Shown here in pieces: positions 9,376-19,373 of a stretch of DNA of 64,000 nt (the stretch's first letter is position 1; every line of letters begins with the position of its first letter). Source of the stretch: an uncultured Verrucomicrobiae bacterium (GTDB lineage Bacteria > Verrucomicrobiota > Verrucomicrobiia > Opitutales > JABDGR01); contig CAVXVB010000009.1 in the NCBI GenBank assembly GCA_963765205.1, positions 800,001 through 864,000 of the forward strand, in the 5' to 3' direction. Under the pieces are notes generated by a model. It had not been told where the DNA came from. It worked only from the letters and a program-made list of their open reading frames with translations, and ran no database searches. Both the position numbers and the translations under genes were made by a program.

Positions 9376-11685
9376 ATGCCAAAACATGGAAAACGGCGTA
9401 TTGCTGTCGATGCCGACATCCGCGTGCTGAAAGCAAAGGCTCTCGCACAGCTCACCAAGCACGCGCTTTGCCCGGGGTTAGTTCAAGTGGGACCAAGTAG
9501 TCAGATTGACGTGGAAGTAGGGAAACCATTCCAATTGCCCTTTCAACATGCAGTAGATCTTCAGGAACTAGCTATGTGTGAAAAGTGGGAAGAATTGCGC
9601 AAAAAGTCCCCGCTCGCTGAATTTTTCTTGCACAAAAATCCATATCACAGACTGCATTGTCACCTGCACGACGATGGTCATTTTATTCGTTTGCAAAAAA
9701 GTCTTGGACTTCACATGGGGCTGTTCGCATTGGTTGATCCTAGTGACGAAAACAATTTGCGATATTTGTATGGGCGGCAAAATAAATCCGGTGACAAGGA
9801 TAAAATTCCACCACATTTTTACCTTCCGTCGCTCAAGGTCTCTCTCGACGGCTCCACCCCGAAATTCGTCATCGAGTCGCCACGTGAATTTGATAAGCAA
9901 TCCGTGGCGCTCTACAGCGCGCAGTCGCGTGGGTCGTGGCGCAATCTCACTTTCGTCTCGATCCTGAATTCAGATTTCGATGGGCTGGCCACAGCGCGAC
10001 GTACAGAGTTTGAAAAGGATCACGGAGTCATTTATGCGCCAAGCGGCGAGGTTGACTCCTGCGTGTTGTGCTGGTTGTTGCTTCATTTGGATAAGGACTT
10101 GCGGATTAAGCTGGACGCCGTATTGGCTGGCAAGGGAGCAGACCCAGGCAATTTCCCTTTTGAAATTAAGCAGGAAGAGACTGGCCTGTCTGAGGAAACC
10201 GACATCTGGAGGCGTGATGAAGAAAAACCGCTCGTTGAATGGCTATATGTTTTGGGATTGACCAAAAATGGGAAAAAGCGGCCATCCAAGGATTGCTATC
10301 GCCCCACCGAGCGAGGGCGGGAGATGGTGAAATGGCTCGGCCTGTATCTTCAAAGCAAGCCAGGCGCGGTGTATTTTCTGGGTGAGAAAGAAAACAAATT
10401 TCATTGCATTATTGGAGAAAACAGAGATGACATTTGGCTCTTTAAGACTCCAAGGAAGCTTCAAGACGAGTTTTTGTCCGCCGCGACGCGCGATCCCGGC
10501 TCGGCAGCCGCGCTTATCGCCGCAGTGCGCTTGCTCTTGAATTGGACTGAACCTGCAAAAGACCCCCAGGGCGCGCCGGCGATTTTTCAGTCACGGTGCC
10601 GCATGACGCTCTACGGGCATTTGGTGCTCCGTGCCAACCCGGGATCAACTGAAAAGCCCGAGCAAACCGCCCGCGGCTGGCTGGTTTTCCCGGTTTGCAC
10701 GGATGCCTCGCCAAAAGGATCCCGCTATCCCTATGAATACGTCGGGTTTTTTCTCGGCACTATCCGCGACAATGACGCTTGGTCAAGCGAGCCAGGCGAA
10801 CACGGGCGCGCGGAGGTTCTCGATGCTCGCATTGCACATATCCGTGACATCATCACGCCATTGGCAAGTGTGGAAATACGCGAAATCTATTTTCGCGAAA
10901 TGTATCGCCGTCACGTGGAAAACGCGGCGAGGGGGGATTCCCTTAGTAAGATTACGAGTGCTTTCATGCACGAAATGAAAGGGGACTTAGCAAAGATGAT
11001 ATCTTTTACCGGAACCGACGACTGGTCGACCCTGCGCGACGGCGTCAAAGCAATTAGCGAATCCGGAGAGAACCGCACCAACCGACTGTCAGTTCACGTC
11101 GAGCGTATGGAAGAGATGGACAAAGGGTTTCGTGAAGCGCCAAACACGCTGAAATCCCTCAGTGGTCGCGTCAACGGATTTTATATCCTCCAGCGCTTTC
11201 TCTCTGGACAAGATCCGATCGGTTCTAAGGAAGCAATTGCTCTAAATGTCATTCTACAGACAACTCTCGAGAATTATTTGCGGGAACCTGTCACCCGTTA
11301 CCAATTAGCTGACGAATCGTCACCCGGCTGGAATGCCAAGTTTTTGACCTGGCCGATGCTTATTGAATCCGCCTTGTCAGTTTTGCTTCGCAATGCTTTT
11401 CAGCATTCCCATAAAAATTCAAAAGTATGCTTCTTTGTCGAGTCTCAAGGCGATTCGCTTGTGCTATCCTGGAGGAACGAAGCATCCGCTGAACGAGCGC
11501 GCAATGCCGTTCAACGCCTTGCAGAGAAAACACACGGTGGAACCTTGTTCATGAAGGAAATAGCAAAAAAACTCTTTGCCTCTGAGCTAAAGTTGGAAAT
11601 GAACCGCACATTTGTCCGCACTGAATTAAGCATAAAACGCAATACGCAGCGCACCAACGATGTGTTCTGCGAAATGAAACCTTAA
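9376..11685 (+). CDS. Large soluble histidine kinase-like protein with a degenerate HATPase_c and a long unrecognised N-terminus
   Basis: H-box-like FMHEMKGDL and N-box-like ALSVLLRNAFQHS; G boxes degenerate; no clear transmembrane segment. Confidence 0.65.
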   Translation: MPKHGKRRIAVDADIRVLKAKALAQLTKHALCPGLVQVGPSSQIDVEVGKPFQLPFQHAVDLQELAMCEKWEELRKKSPLAEFFLHKNPYHRLHCHLHDDGHFIRLQKSLGLHMGLFALVDPSDENNLRYLYGRQNKSGDKDKIPPHFYLPSLKVSLDGSTPKFVIESPREFDKQSVALYSAQSRGSWRNLTFVSILNSDFDGLATARRTEFEKDHGVIYAPSGEVDSCVLCWLLLHLDKDLRIKLDAVLAGKGADPGNFPFEIKQEETGLSEETDIWRRDEEKPLVEWLYVLGLTKNGKKRPSKDCYRPTERGREMVKWLGLYLQSKPGAVYFLGEKENKFHCIIGENRDDIWLFKTPRKLQDEFLSAATRDPGSAAALIAAVRLLLNWTEPAKDPQGAPAIFQSRCRMTLYGHLVLRANPGSTEKPEQTARGWLVFPVCTDASPKGSRYPYEYVGFFLGTIRDNDAWSSEPGEHGRAEVLDARIAHIRDIITPLASVEIREIYFREMYRRHVENAARGDSLSKITSAFMHEMKGDLAKMISFTGTDDWSTLRDGVKAISESGENRTNRLSVHVERMEEMDKGFREAPNTLKSLSGRVNGFYILQRFLSGQDPIGSKEAIALNVILQTTLENYLREPVTRYQLADESSPGWNAKFLTWPMLIESALSVLLRNAFQHSHKNSKVCFFVESQGDSLVLSWRNEASAERARNAVQRLAEKTHGGTLFMKEIAKKLFASELKLEMNRTFVRTELSIKRNTQRTNDVFCEMKP

Positions 11686-11698
11686 GCGCTCCAAACTC

Positions 11699-14278
11699 AT
11701 GAGTAAAAAAATCACAATTGCCATTTTGGATGACGAGCCTGAATCGGCGCGAGTTAAGCTCGCCCCCCTGCGGCAATATGCGACCAAGGTAATCGACATA
11801 ACAGATACCCAAAGCTGGGAAGCGACCCAGGAAGACGACAATTACGGTGTCGCCTTCAAGTTTTTACGCCCAGCCCACATACTTGATCCGGGGTTTCATC
11901 CGTCACCCAACACTGTTTTTTTGGTTGACGTGAATTGGAATACCCGGTCGGCAGATTTTGAGGAGCTTGCTGGAAAAATGCAGCTCGATGTTTATGGTTT
12001 GGAATTGTTTCAAGAGTTGTACCTTGAATATGAAAATGGACAAAGAGATTTCGCCATTTTTCTTTGCTCTTACCATCCCTCAGCTCAGGCAGCGATGACG
12101 GACCACATTTTTAAACTGCGTGAAGTTATAGACCATCCCGAAAGTCAAAATAAATGGCAGCGCGACCTCCTCGGCTATCTTTCGGATGACGAACTCCGCC
12201 AACAACATTCTTCTGTGCAGAGCAAGGTCGGGCGTGCCCTTTTGCAGATGGTGTGGCGCATTCTTGAGAAGGATTCTGCAAGCGTGCGAAAAGCCTGCAG
12301 AGCGCTACCCAAATGGGAAAATAATGAAACCCTCGACGCACAGTATTTGCTCGGCGACACTGACGCCAATTGCAACTTGGAGGTGGGCGGCTACCGCCTT
12401 GGCGACCTGTCCAAAATCGTGACCGTCTATGCAGGGGCGCTGCACGACTTATGCCGGAGTCTTGGAGATAATAATCCGCGCACCAAACTGCACAAAACGG
12501 AACGAGATGATATTGTGGCAACTTGGCGCAAGACGATCAAGGGCGATTTGCTAGAGGTTGCCGAGATCGACCTTCAGAGGGGGGGCGCGAGCGATCCTAA
12601 AACAGCAATGCTGACGCTGCTGCGCTACGGGCTGCCTGGCACCGCAGAGGCCCGGAACCCAGATTTCTTGGATGCAGAAGGCATCAGCTTTGTGGATGGC
12701 TACCTTTTTTACGAAGATAACTATAGCTACTGCCCGACAGGTGGGCGGGCCACAAGAATTACAGACCCTCTCTTGCTTGATATCAGCGGTAAGAAGGGGG
12801 CGCCCGCGTCCTTGTTTAATGGCATCTTCGCCACTGAGATCAATAAGCTTGGAACGGGCTGCCCTAAATGGGCATCATCTCTTGCAAATAGAGACAACTT
12901 TTCAGTACAGCGAAATAAAGAAGGAAGCCTCAATGCAAAAATTCGCGCTTGTTGTGGGAAAAGGAAAATCGGGAAATCCAAAGCAGGAAGCGCCGACGCA
13001 TATGGCGTAACGCATCGTTTCCTGCGCATCGAGGAAAAGCCGGGTTTCGAAGTGAAATGTGTTCATATCGAGGCGGCGAGGGTCGCCCGCAAAGTCGACG
13101 CCAAGAAAAAAATCACCAATGCTGACTGGGATGAAGTTTATCGGGCGTGGAATGACGACAAGGGCCATCTCGAGCCGCTCGCCTTGTTCGCCAAAAGGGG
13201 TCGCAATTATATGAATGGTTTAGTTCCCGAAAATAAGAAACCCCTCAAGCGGGCCTTCGAAATGTGGGGTACGCGCCTTACTGATGTGGCAAACGTAATA
13301 ATGAAGCAGGGTATAATCATATTTCATAATTTTTTAAAGCAGAATGGTTGTAGCAAAAAAAGCATTTTAGATCTCCTTAAGAAAGTGAAATCACCTCAAC
13401 AGCTTTGTACGGCAATAAGCGCAATAATGGCCTCTGCGGCCGATAGGGAAAAGGGGGTAACCAAAAAGGAAGAAAACCTTGCCCTGGAGTGGACGAATCT
13501 GGCTTTACCACGTGTTGATAAGTTTAGGGAACTGGGAGAAACCTTTTTTGACGCTGCCAAGAACTTAGGGGAAGCCGATGATGCCGAACCCCCGTTTGAT
13601 TCTAAAATGCTTGCTGCGATGGCCAATCGTCATGCCTATCGGACCCTTGCTGGAAATGCCAAGCAGACTGCAACTGATATGGAGCATCAATCGGATCAGC
13701 AGCAGCTATTCAGTCAACTTGCTGAAATGCGCCTTTTTTTAAAAAATGTTAGTATTCCAAAGTTAATTAATGATACAATAGAAATTGTAAGGCCAAAGGT
13801 CAAAGAGGCTGAAAAAACATCAGGCCACAAATGGTCAAGCGATATGCAAAAACGCCAAATCCAAAGCCGTTGCATCCATGATTTGAGCGGCCACTTGCGA
13901 TCCGTCGCGACCGGTGCCACGCAAGTTAAGTCTTCCATTGTCTATGATGAGGGCAAAACTAGCGAAACTCCCGATCCAAACATCATATCAGCGCCACAAC
14001 CTGAAGGCGGGGTGTCGGAGACGAATCAAGTGGTAGGAAGTGATTTTCAGTCATTCGAAAATCGTCTTAAAAAAGCAGTAACACTAAATCAAAACTGTTC
14101 TGATAGCCTGGCTGATATTTTAGCGGAACTTGCAGATGATGATGAATTTAAGGATGTCATTGGCCAAAAACGATTTACCGAAAAAGATATCGTTCTTGTT
14201 AGCCAAAAATTGTCGGGCTTCAATGTTGCAGTTGATGTCAAACAGCTCAGAAAAGCCCTCGGCGTGAAGACAAAATAG
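11699..14278 (+). CDS. Receiver (REC)-like N-terminus fused to ~700 aa of unknown function
   Basis: ITIAILDDE, VFLVDVNW, GLELF, IFLCS pattern of a receiver domain; 13 nt downstream of the kinase-like gene. Confidence 0.65.
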   Translation: MSKKITIAILDDEPESARVKLAPLRQYATKVIDITDTQSWEATQEDDNYGVAFKFLRPAHILDPGFHPSPNTVFLVDVNWNTRSADFEELAGKMQLDVYGLELFQELYLEYENGQRDFAIFLCSYHPSAQAAMTDHIFKLREVIDHPESQNKWQRDLLGYLSDDELRQQHSSVQSKVGRALLQMVWRILEKDSASVRKACRALPKWENNETLDAQYLLGDTDANCNLEVGGYRLGDLSKIVTVYAGALHDLCRSLGDNNPRTKLHKTERDDIVATWRKTIKGDLLEVAEIDLQRGGASDPKTAMLTLLRYGLPGTAEARNPDFLDAEGISFVDGYLFYEDNYSYCPTGGRATRITDPLLLDISGKKGAPASLFNGIFATEINKLGTGCPKWASSLANRDNFSVQRNKEGSLNAKIRACCGKRKIGKSKAGSADAYGVTHRFLRIEEKPGFEVKCVHIEAARVARKVDAKKKITNADWDEVYRAWNDDKGHLEPLALFAKRGRNYMNGLVPENKKPLKRAFEMWGTRLTDVANVIMKQGIIIFHNFLKQNGCSKKSILDLLKKVKSPQQLCTAISAIMASAADREKGVTKKEENLALEWTNLALPRVDKFRELGETFFDAAKNLGEADDAEPPFDSKMLAAMANRHAYRTLAGNAKQTATDMEHQSDQQQLFSQLAEMRLFLKNVSIPKLINDTIEIVRPKVKEAEKTSGHKWSSDMQKRQIQSRCIHDLSGHLRSVATGATQVKSSIVYDEGKTSETPDPNIISAPQPEGGVSETNQVVGSDFQSFENRLKKAVTLNQNCSDSLADILAELADDDEFKDVIGQKRFTEKDIVLVSQKLSGFNVAVDVKQLRKALGVKTK

Positions 14279-15053
14279 CCGGTAGGGGCGGGGCGTCTGG
14301 GGCAAGCGCGCGGCGTGCCTCAATTAGGGGCGTCGGGGCGGGCGTGTGCGGATGGGCTCTATCGCACAGTGCATGAGCGGCGTGGGGTGCTGCGCGGGCG
14401 AGGCAACATCAATCGGGCCGAGCTGGCGTGTCCCACCCTCCGGGATGGAACGTTACATCAGCCGGACATTTGTTCCAGGTAACGTCTTGGCCGCCCATCC
14501 ACCATGCATCTCTGTCATCAGCTTTCCTTGTGCCGCGCCACTGCATCGGCCACGCCCCGCGTGGCGGGGGGATTCCCGCCGGTTCCCGCAAGTTGGGCGC
14601 GCTTGGACTTGCCCCTGCCGACGAGGTGGAGTGGCACTCGCCTCAAAACCACGCGCAGAACGGCTCGACGCGGTCAAATCCATAACGGATCGAATGCCGG
14701 ACAAATATCCAATGCCTATTGTTGTATGCACTCAAGACAAGCGCCAAGTGCCCCCGCCATGCACCCCGACTATTCCAGCACACAGACGGCAAGCCGTGTT
14801 GCCTCGGCCATACGCGCACAAATGTCCAACCTTTAATCAGTGAACACGCCACCGCGCGCATCACAAACAACAAAATAAAATGCAATGAACAAAATCGAAT
14901 ATACAAATTCGCGCCTAAACCAATCGCTCGGGCAATTCCCGCACCCCCGTGCGCAAGTCGCGATGCCGGGCCAGACGCTCACAAATGTCCAGCCTTAATC
15001 CAGTGGACGACGACGCTTAACAAGCAAACTTAAACCTCCAACCACCACACTCC

Positions 15054-15329
15054 ATGAACTCAATACACAACGTAAATACGCGCCAAGGCTACGCGCCCGC
15101 CTGCGGTTGCCCGCACCCGGAAAAGGGCCGTTACCACACCCAGACCTTGGCCGAACGGTCCGCCGCCTGGAGTACACTTCACACGGGCAAGCAGATCTAC
15201 ACCTACGGGTGCTCGTGCGGTTTTTATCACCTGACGAGTCGAGCGCCGGTCCGCGCCACGGTGACGTGGGATGGTGTAATCGCGGCCGGTGCCGCCGTGC
15301 TGCACCCGGCCATGGAGCTTGTGGCCTAA
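15054..15329 (+). CDS. Small Cys/His putative zinc-binding protein
   Basis: C-P-H-P-E-K-G-R-Y...Y-G-C-S-C-G-F-Y-H-L-T-S pattern. Confidence 0.55.
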   Translation: MNSIHNVNTRQGYAPACGCPHPEKGRYHTQTLAERSAAWSTLHTGKQIYTYGCSCGFYHLTSRAPVRATVTWDGVIAAGAAVLHPAMELVA

Positions 15330-15404
15330 ACAACGCGAGCACTCCTTCCAAACCAGGAAAATGTCCAGACTATAACCCCTCGACGACCACCCTCTAACCC
15401 TAAG

Positions 15405-16268
15405 ATGACCATGAAACCATTCACATACAGTAACCCTCAGTCCGGCTTGACCGTGCTTACTGGCGCGCTGAAGCGCCTGCCGACGGTTGCGGCGGCGACC
15501 TTGTCCGCGTTGTTCACCCTTGCGGGGTGCGCCAGCGTGCCCGCGCCGGTGGCACAGGTTGTGCCGCCACTCCCCGCGCCGCCGCCGCACCGGATTGTGC
15601 TGAAGAAGGTCAACAGCGCGATTCCCAGCGATCGCGTCCCGCTGACTGTTGACCTCGCAGTCTCTGATGCCACCTTCGCATTGTCGACGATGGCCCCGGA
15701 AGACCTGGCCGCGGCGGCAAGCCAGTTGAAGTCATTCACAGCGGAAGCACTCTACCCCGAAAGCGCCGCGACGTTGGGGTCGTTGCAAATCGAGATAGGG
15801 CTGCTGACAAATGGGAAGGAACTCATCCAACTGGGCTTAAACAACCTCAAAGCCGCCGGCGCGGGCATCCACGAGGCATTTTCCCCTCGGGAAGCCTTGG
15901 TAGCATATCTTGGCGGGATTCGCCTCGGGAAGCAGCCCAGTTTCCTTAATTCCACGCCCCTGGTTCAGGCGATTGGCGCGGATGGCTCGCAACCTGAGGC
16001 CGTGGATTATGTGCGGCTGACCAGCGGCGACGTTAAATCCGACATCGAGGCCAACCTGCAGATCGCGGCCTGGCGGTTCCTGACTGGGTATGCCGCCACC
16101 GGGCAGGCAGACGATGCCTGCCGGGCCTTCCTTGACCAAGTCGCCCTGATTCAGCTTGGCGGCGGCGAAGTTCAGGAGATTTCCCAACTTAAGCACGGCC
16201 TTCAAGGCGATTTATTCGTCGCCCTGATCGACTTGGTCGCGCCCCCTCCCGCTCATTCGCAATCCTGA
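15405..16268 (+). CDS. Putative lipoprotein of unknown function
   Basis: Hydrophobic signal region ending in lipobox LAGC, then a Pro-rich linker. Confidence 0.7.
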   Translation: MTMKPFTYSNPQSGLTVLTGALKRLPTVAAATLSALFTLAGCASVPAPVAQVVPPLPAPPPHRIVLKKVNSAIPSDRVPLTVDLAVSDATFALSTMAPEDLAAAASQLKSFTAEALYPESAATLGSLQIEIGLLTNGKELIQLGLNNLKAAGAGIHEAFSPREALVAYLGGIRLGKQPSFLNSTPLVQAIGADGSQPEAVDYVRLTSGDVKSDIEANLQIAAWRFLTGYAATGQADDACRAFLDQVALIQLGGGEVQEISQLKHGLQGDLFVALIDLVAPPPAHSQS

Positions 16269-16301
16269 ACACAGATTTAACCCTCAATCACTATCCCATC
16301 C

Positions 16302-17186
16302 ATGAAAACACTCCAATCCATCGTAACGTTCGCAGCGACAATCCTTTTGCCGTTGTCTGTGGGCGCACAGCAAAACACGCCCGACGCGACCCCACAGCCA
16401 GCCAAGGAGGCGTCAAACACCGGAGTCCTCGTGCAGGACTTTGAGGCCGCGCAGAAAACGCTCCGCGAAAACTCGGCGAGCCTAAAGGCCAGCACGACCG
16501 TCACCGAAACGACGGCGGGGTTCGCCTACCAAGCCGCGGACTCCCTTGACCACGGGGACCTGAACACGCCACTCGTCATACGGCAGCAATGGCGCAACAG
16601 CCCCGGAGGCGGGGAAACGGCCCTGCAGCAGTCAATCGTAAAGGACAAGGCGGAACTGCAGGATGCAATTGCCAGCTTCATCAAGCTCCACCAAATCCTC
16701 GCGAACAGCGATGGCGCCACCACGGGTTCCGACAACGGCAAACTGGCTGAGTTGGTCAAGGCCCTCAGCAACAACCCCAACGGTTCTGCGGGCAAACAAA
16801 GCGATTCCGTTGCGGCGGGGATCGTGCAGGAAATCAACGTTGAAGTTCAAGCCGACGACGAGTTCGTGAAAAAGTATCCAGCCGCCGCTTTGAAATTGGC
16901 CTCCGGGCAGGGGCAGAATGTTTCACCGGCCCTTGCGCGCGCCGCCCTCAAAGAAGCTGCTGAGCAGGCGAAAAGCGCTTACGCGAACCTGCACGCCAAT
17001 TCGCGCACGCTTGCCTTCTTTTCGAGCCTTGAAGATCAGGTGGTACACCTCCAGCAAGTGAAGGATGCCAATTCTCAGGCGCAGGCGGCAAAGGACCGGA
17101 ATGCGCCAGTCCAAACGGTTGGCTTTTTCGGCCCGCATCCCATGCCTCCCGCAGCCACAGCTGACACCACGGCGACTGGCAACTAA
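16302..17186 (+). CDS. Secreted helical protein of unknown function
   Basis: Signal peptide MKTLQSIVTFAATILLPLSVGA-QQ; Ala/Gln-rich helical body. Confidence 0.75.
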   Translation: MKTLQSIVTFAATILLPLSVGAQQNTPDATPQPAKEASNTGVLVQDFEAAQKTLRENSASLKASTTVTETTAGFAYQAADSLDHGDLNTPLVIRQQWRNSPGGGETALQQSIVKDKAELQDAIASFIKLHQILANSDGATTGSDNGKLAELVKALSNNPNGSAGKQSDSVAAGIVQEINVEVQADDEFVKKYPAAALKLASGQGQNVSPALARAALKEAAEQAKSAYANLHANSRTLAFFSSLEDQVVHLQQVKDANSQAQAAKDRNAPVQTVGFFGPHPMPPAATADTTATGN

Positions 17187-17220
17187 CACCCATCCACCAA
17201 CCATTGGGAGGCAACAAGCC

Positions 17221-17355
17221 ATGTCCTTGGGAAACACCATCATCGCCCCCATGCTCGCCGCGCTGGCGGCGCCGGCCTGCGCTGCCCCAGCCTGGCTGGC
17301 CCGCCAGCGACCAAGGCTTGATCGGGACGATTTCGATGACGAGCCATTACCCTGA
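17221..17355 (+). CDS. Possible small hydrophobic peptide (44 aa)
   Basis: MSLGNTIIAPMLAALAAPACAAPAWLAR...; fits the gap in a co-directional cluster. Confidence 0.3.
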   Translation: MSLGNTIIAPMLAALAAPACAAPAWLARQRPRLDRDDFDDEPLP

Positions 17356-17408
17356 GCAAGCGGACGCACCTTCATTCCTCACCCGTTACCAACCCAATCC
17401 TCACTCCC

Positions 17409-17789
17409 ATGCGCAACATACTGATCCTGCTTATCGTGATTGCCGCGTGCGTTCTGCTCGTTGCGGCCATCCACTCGCACGCTGAGAGCGCCACGCCAGC
17501 GCCCGTCTCACCGCCTCAAGAGGCGGTTAAATTAGAAGCCCTCCCGAAAGCGGCTTCCCTGGCATCCACGCCGGAGCCTGCTCCCAAGCCCGTTCCACCC
17601 CCGGCACCCTCCTTGCTGGCCCGTGTACTGGCGGGCGAGGACATTCCCGAGAATGAAGCGCAGCCCGCCGGGGCTCCCGCGTTCTCGGCAACATCTTCAA
17701 TCGACAAGCCCCAAACGACGAAAACCTATCTCGACCTCGTGCTCAACGGCGAAAGCATCCCGGAATGGGAAAAACTCACCCAACAATAG
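17409..17789 (+). CDS. Exported Pro-rich hypothetical protein
   Basis: N-terminal MRNILILLIVIAACVLLVAA signal/anchor. Confidence 0.65.
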   Translation: MRNILILLIVIAACVLLVAAIHSHAESATPAPVSPPQEAVKLEALPKAASLASTPEPAPKPVPPPAPSLLARVLAGEDIPENEAQPAGAPAFSATSSIDKPQTTKTYLDLVLNGESIPEWEKLTQQ

Positions 17790-17804
17790 TCCAATGTCAC
17801 AGTC

Positions 17805-18161
17805 ATGAACTCGAACAATTTCAACAATCAATCAGAGAATGAGGACGGACACATTTGGCGCCTTGGATACGAGGCCGTCGCGGTCCTGCTCGTGCCGGTG
17901 CTTGCGTTGATCGCGCCCGCGCCGGTCATGACAGCCATTGCCACGCCTAAACAGAATATCTCCACCATCAACCTAAACGCCACTCCACCGCCGACAAACG
18001 GACAAGGCGGCGGTGTGGCGCCGTTGAAGGCCAACTATAAAATCGTTCCCATTTCCGGTGATTTGGATCCGACGGCGCCTATCGTATTCGAACTCCCGGC
18101 CAGCGCCCCGCGGCAAATCCATGTGATTCTCAACGAGAATCAAAACCAGCAATCCAATTAA
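17805..18161 (+). CDS. Single-TM hypothetical protein
   Basis: Hydrophobic AVAVLLVPVLALIAPAPV; 15 nt after the previous stop. Confidence 0.55.
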   Translation: MNSNNFNNQSENEDGHIWRLGYEAVAVLLVPVLALIAPAPVMTAIATPKQNISTINLNATPPPTNGQGGGVAPLKANYKIVPISGDLDPTAPIVFELPASAPRQIHVILNENQNQQSN

Positions 18162-18178
18162 CCTTGCCCTCCATTGCC

Positions 18179-19249
18179 ATGAAAATTCGCCATTTTCCCT
18201 GGATATTCGCCTTTGGCCTTGCCGCAGTCACGACCACCCTGGTTATGGACGGGAACGCCCTCAACACGGCCATCAGCCAAACAGACACCATTGCGAGCTC
18301 GCTGATAAAGGGCGCGCTTGAACACCCACTGTTCGGCGCCGGGATGCTTTTGGCCCTGAGCGCCTATTGTGATGGCCTACGATTGACAGCCCGTCTTGGC
18401 CTTCCACCGCATATTCATGGATTCGGCGAACTGGTCAGTGGGGCTGCCTTGCTGGTCGCCTCAACCGAGGTCGCCAACGCCAACCTGCCGGCGGCAGCGG
18501 CGTTCGCAAAACAGCTTTACGGCGCATTGGCCTTGGGCTTCTGCGTGTTGACTTTGCACGGGGGTATAAAATTTGTTCAAAGCCTCCAGCAGTTGCACAC
18601 CTTGGCGAAGAACCAAATCCCTACTAGGGAGTACCCCGGGGCCCACTGGGTGTCCCGCAAATCGGCGGCCTTGGCTATCGGTGGATTAAGCATCATTTTG
18701 GCCCTGTTTTTCATCACCCGGAAAATCGATCACGTCCATCCCGTTCAGCCATCGCTCACGCAGGCCGAGAAACAAGCCTCAAAAACGGAACATGAACCGT
18801 CAAAGCCGCTGACGGTGACAAGCGAACCCGTTTTAAACAAGCAAGTCGTCGTGTCGCAAAATGGATCAAGCCTCGGGGGCCTGCCAGGTTCTCAAGCCGG
18901 CCATTTGCCCGATGGATTGCGCGTGACCCTCGACAGTGACGGGAATGATTGGGCACCCGCATTTGCGCAACGAGTTTCTGATAGTGAATATGCGCTCGGA
19001 GACCACGTATTGACCGCCCGGGATGCGAGCATCAATTATGCGACTGCGGGCCCTTGGATCCAAAATTCCGGCAACGGCGCATATTACTGCTTCAACAAGG
19101 CGGTATTGGCGGCACTGAACGAGGCGTGCAAAGACGGCGCGCCGTCCGAGATATTTGTAGATCGGGATTCCAGCACCGGAAACGTCGTGCTCTCCATCCC
19201 CGCCCAAAGGGGGCAACCGGCCCGTAAAATCACCGTGAGTTTGCTCTGA
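18179..19249 (+). CDS. Multi-pass membrane protein with a soluble C-terminal domain
   Basis: Several hydrophobic segments in the N-terminal half; ATG at 18179. Confidence 0.7.
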   Translation: MKIRHFPWIFAFGLAAVTTTLVMDGNALNTAISQTDTIASSLIKGALEHPLFGAGMLLALSAYCDGLRLTARLGLPPHIHGFGELVSGAALLVASTEVANANLPAAAAFAKQLYGALALGFCVLTLHGGIKFVQSLQQLHTLAKNQIPTREYPGAHWVSRKSAALAIGGLSIILALFFITRKIDHVHPVQPSLTQAEKQASKTEHEPSKPLTVTSEPVLNKQVVVSQNGSSLGGLPGSQAGHLPDGLRVTLDSDGNDWAPAFAQRVSDSEYALGDHVLTARDASINYATAGPWIQNSGNGAYYCFNKAVLAALNEACKDGAPSEIFVDRDSSTGNVVLSIPAQRGQPARKITVSLL

Positions 19250-19373
19250 GAAAATCCGCATTAAATCCGGTAGCGCTCATAATATCGCGGTCGGTTAAAC
19301 ACAGTTTAGCGGTAACTCTGATATAGGCATCAGCAGGTTATTTCTCCATTCAAGGAGCAGTGGGCACTGCAGT

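Noticed and set aside
14346..15033. Overlapping ORFs in the 14.3-15.0 kb gap as genes
   Set aside because: Arg/Pro/Cys-rich low-quality translations in several frames; the region looks regulatory
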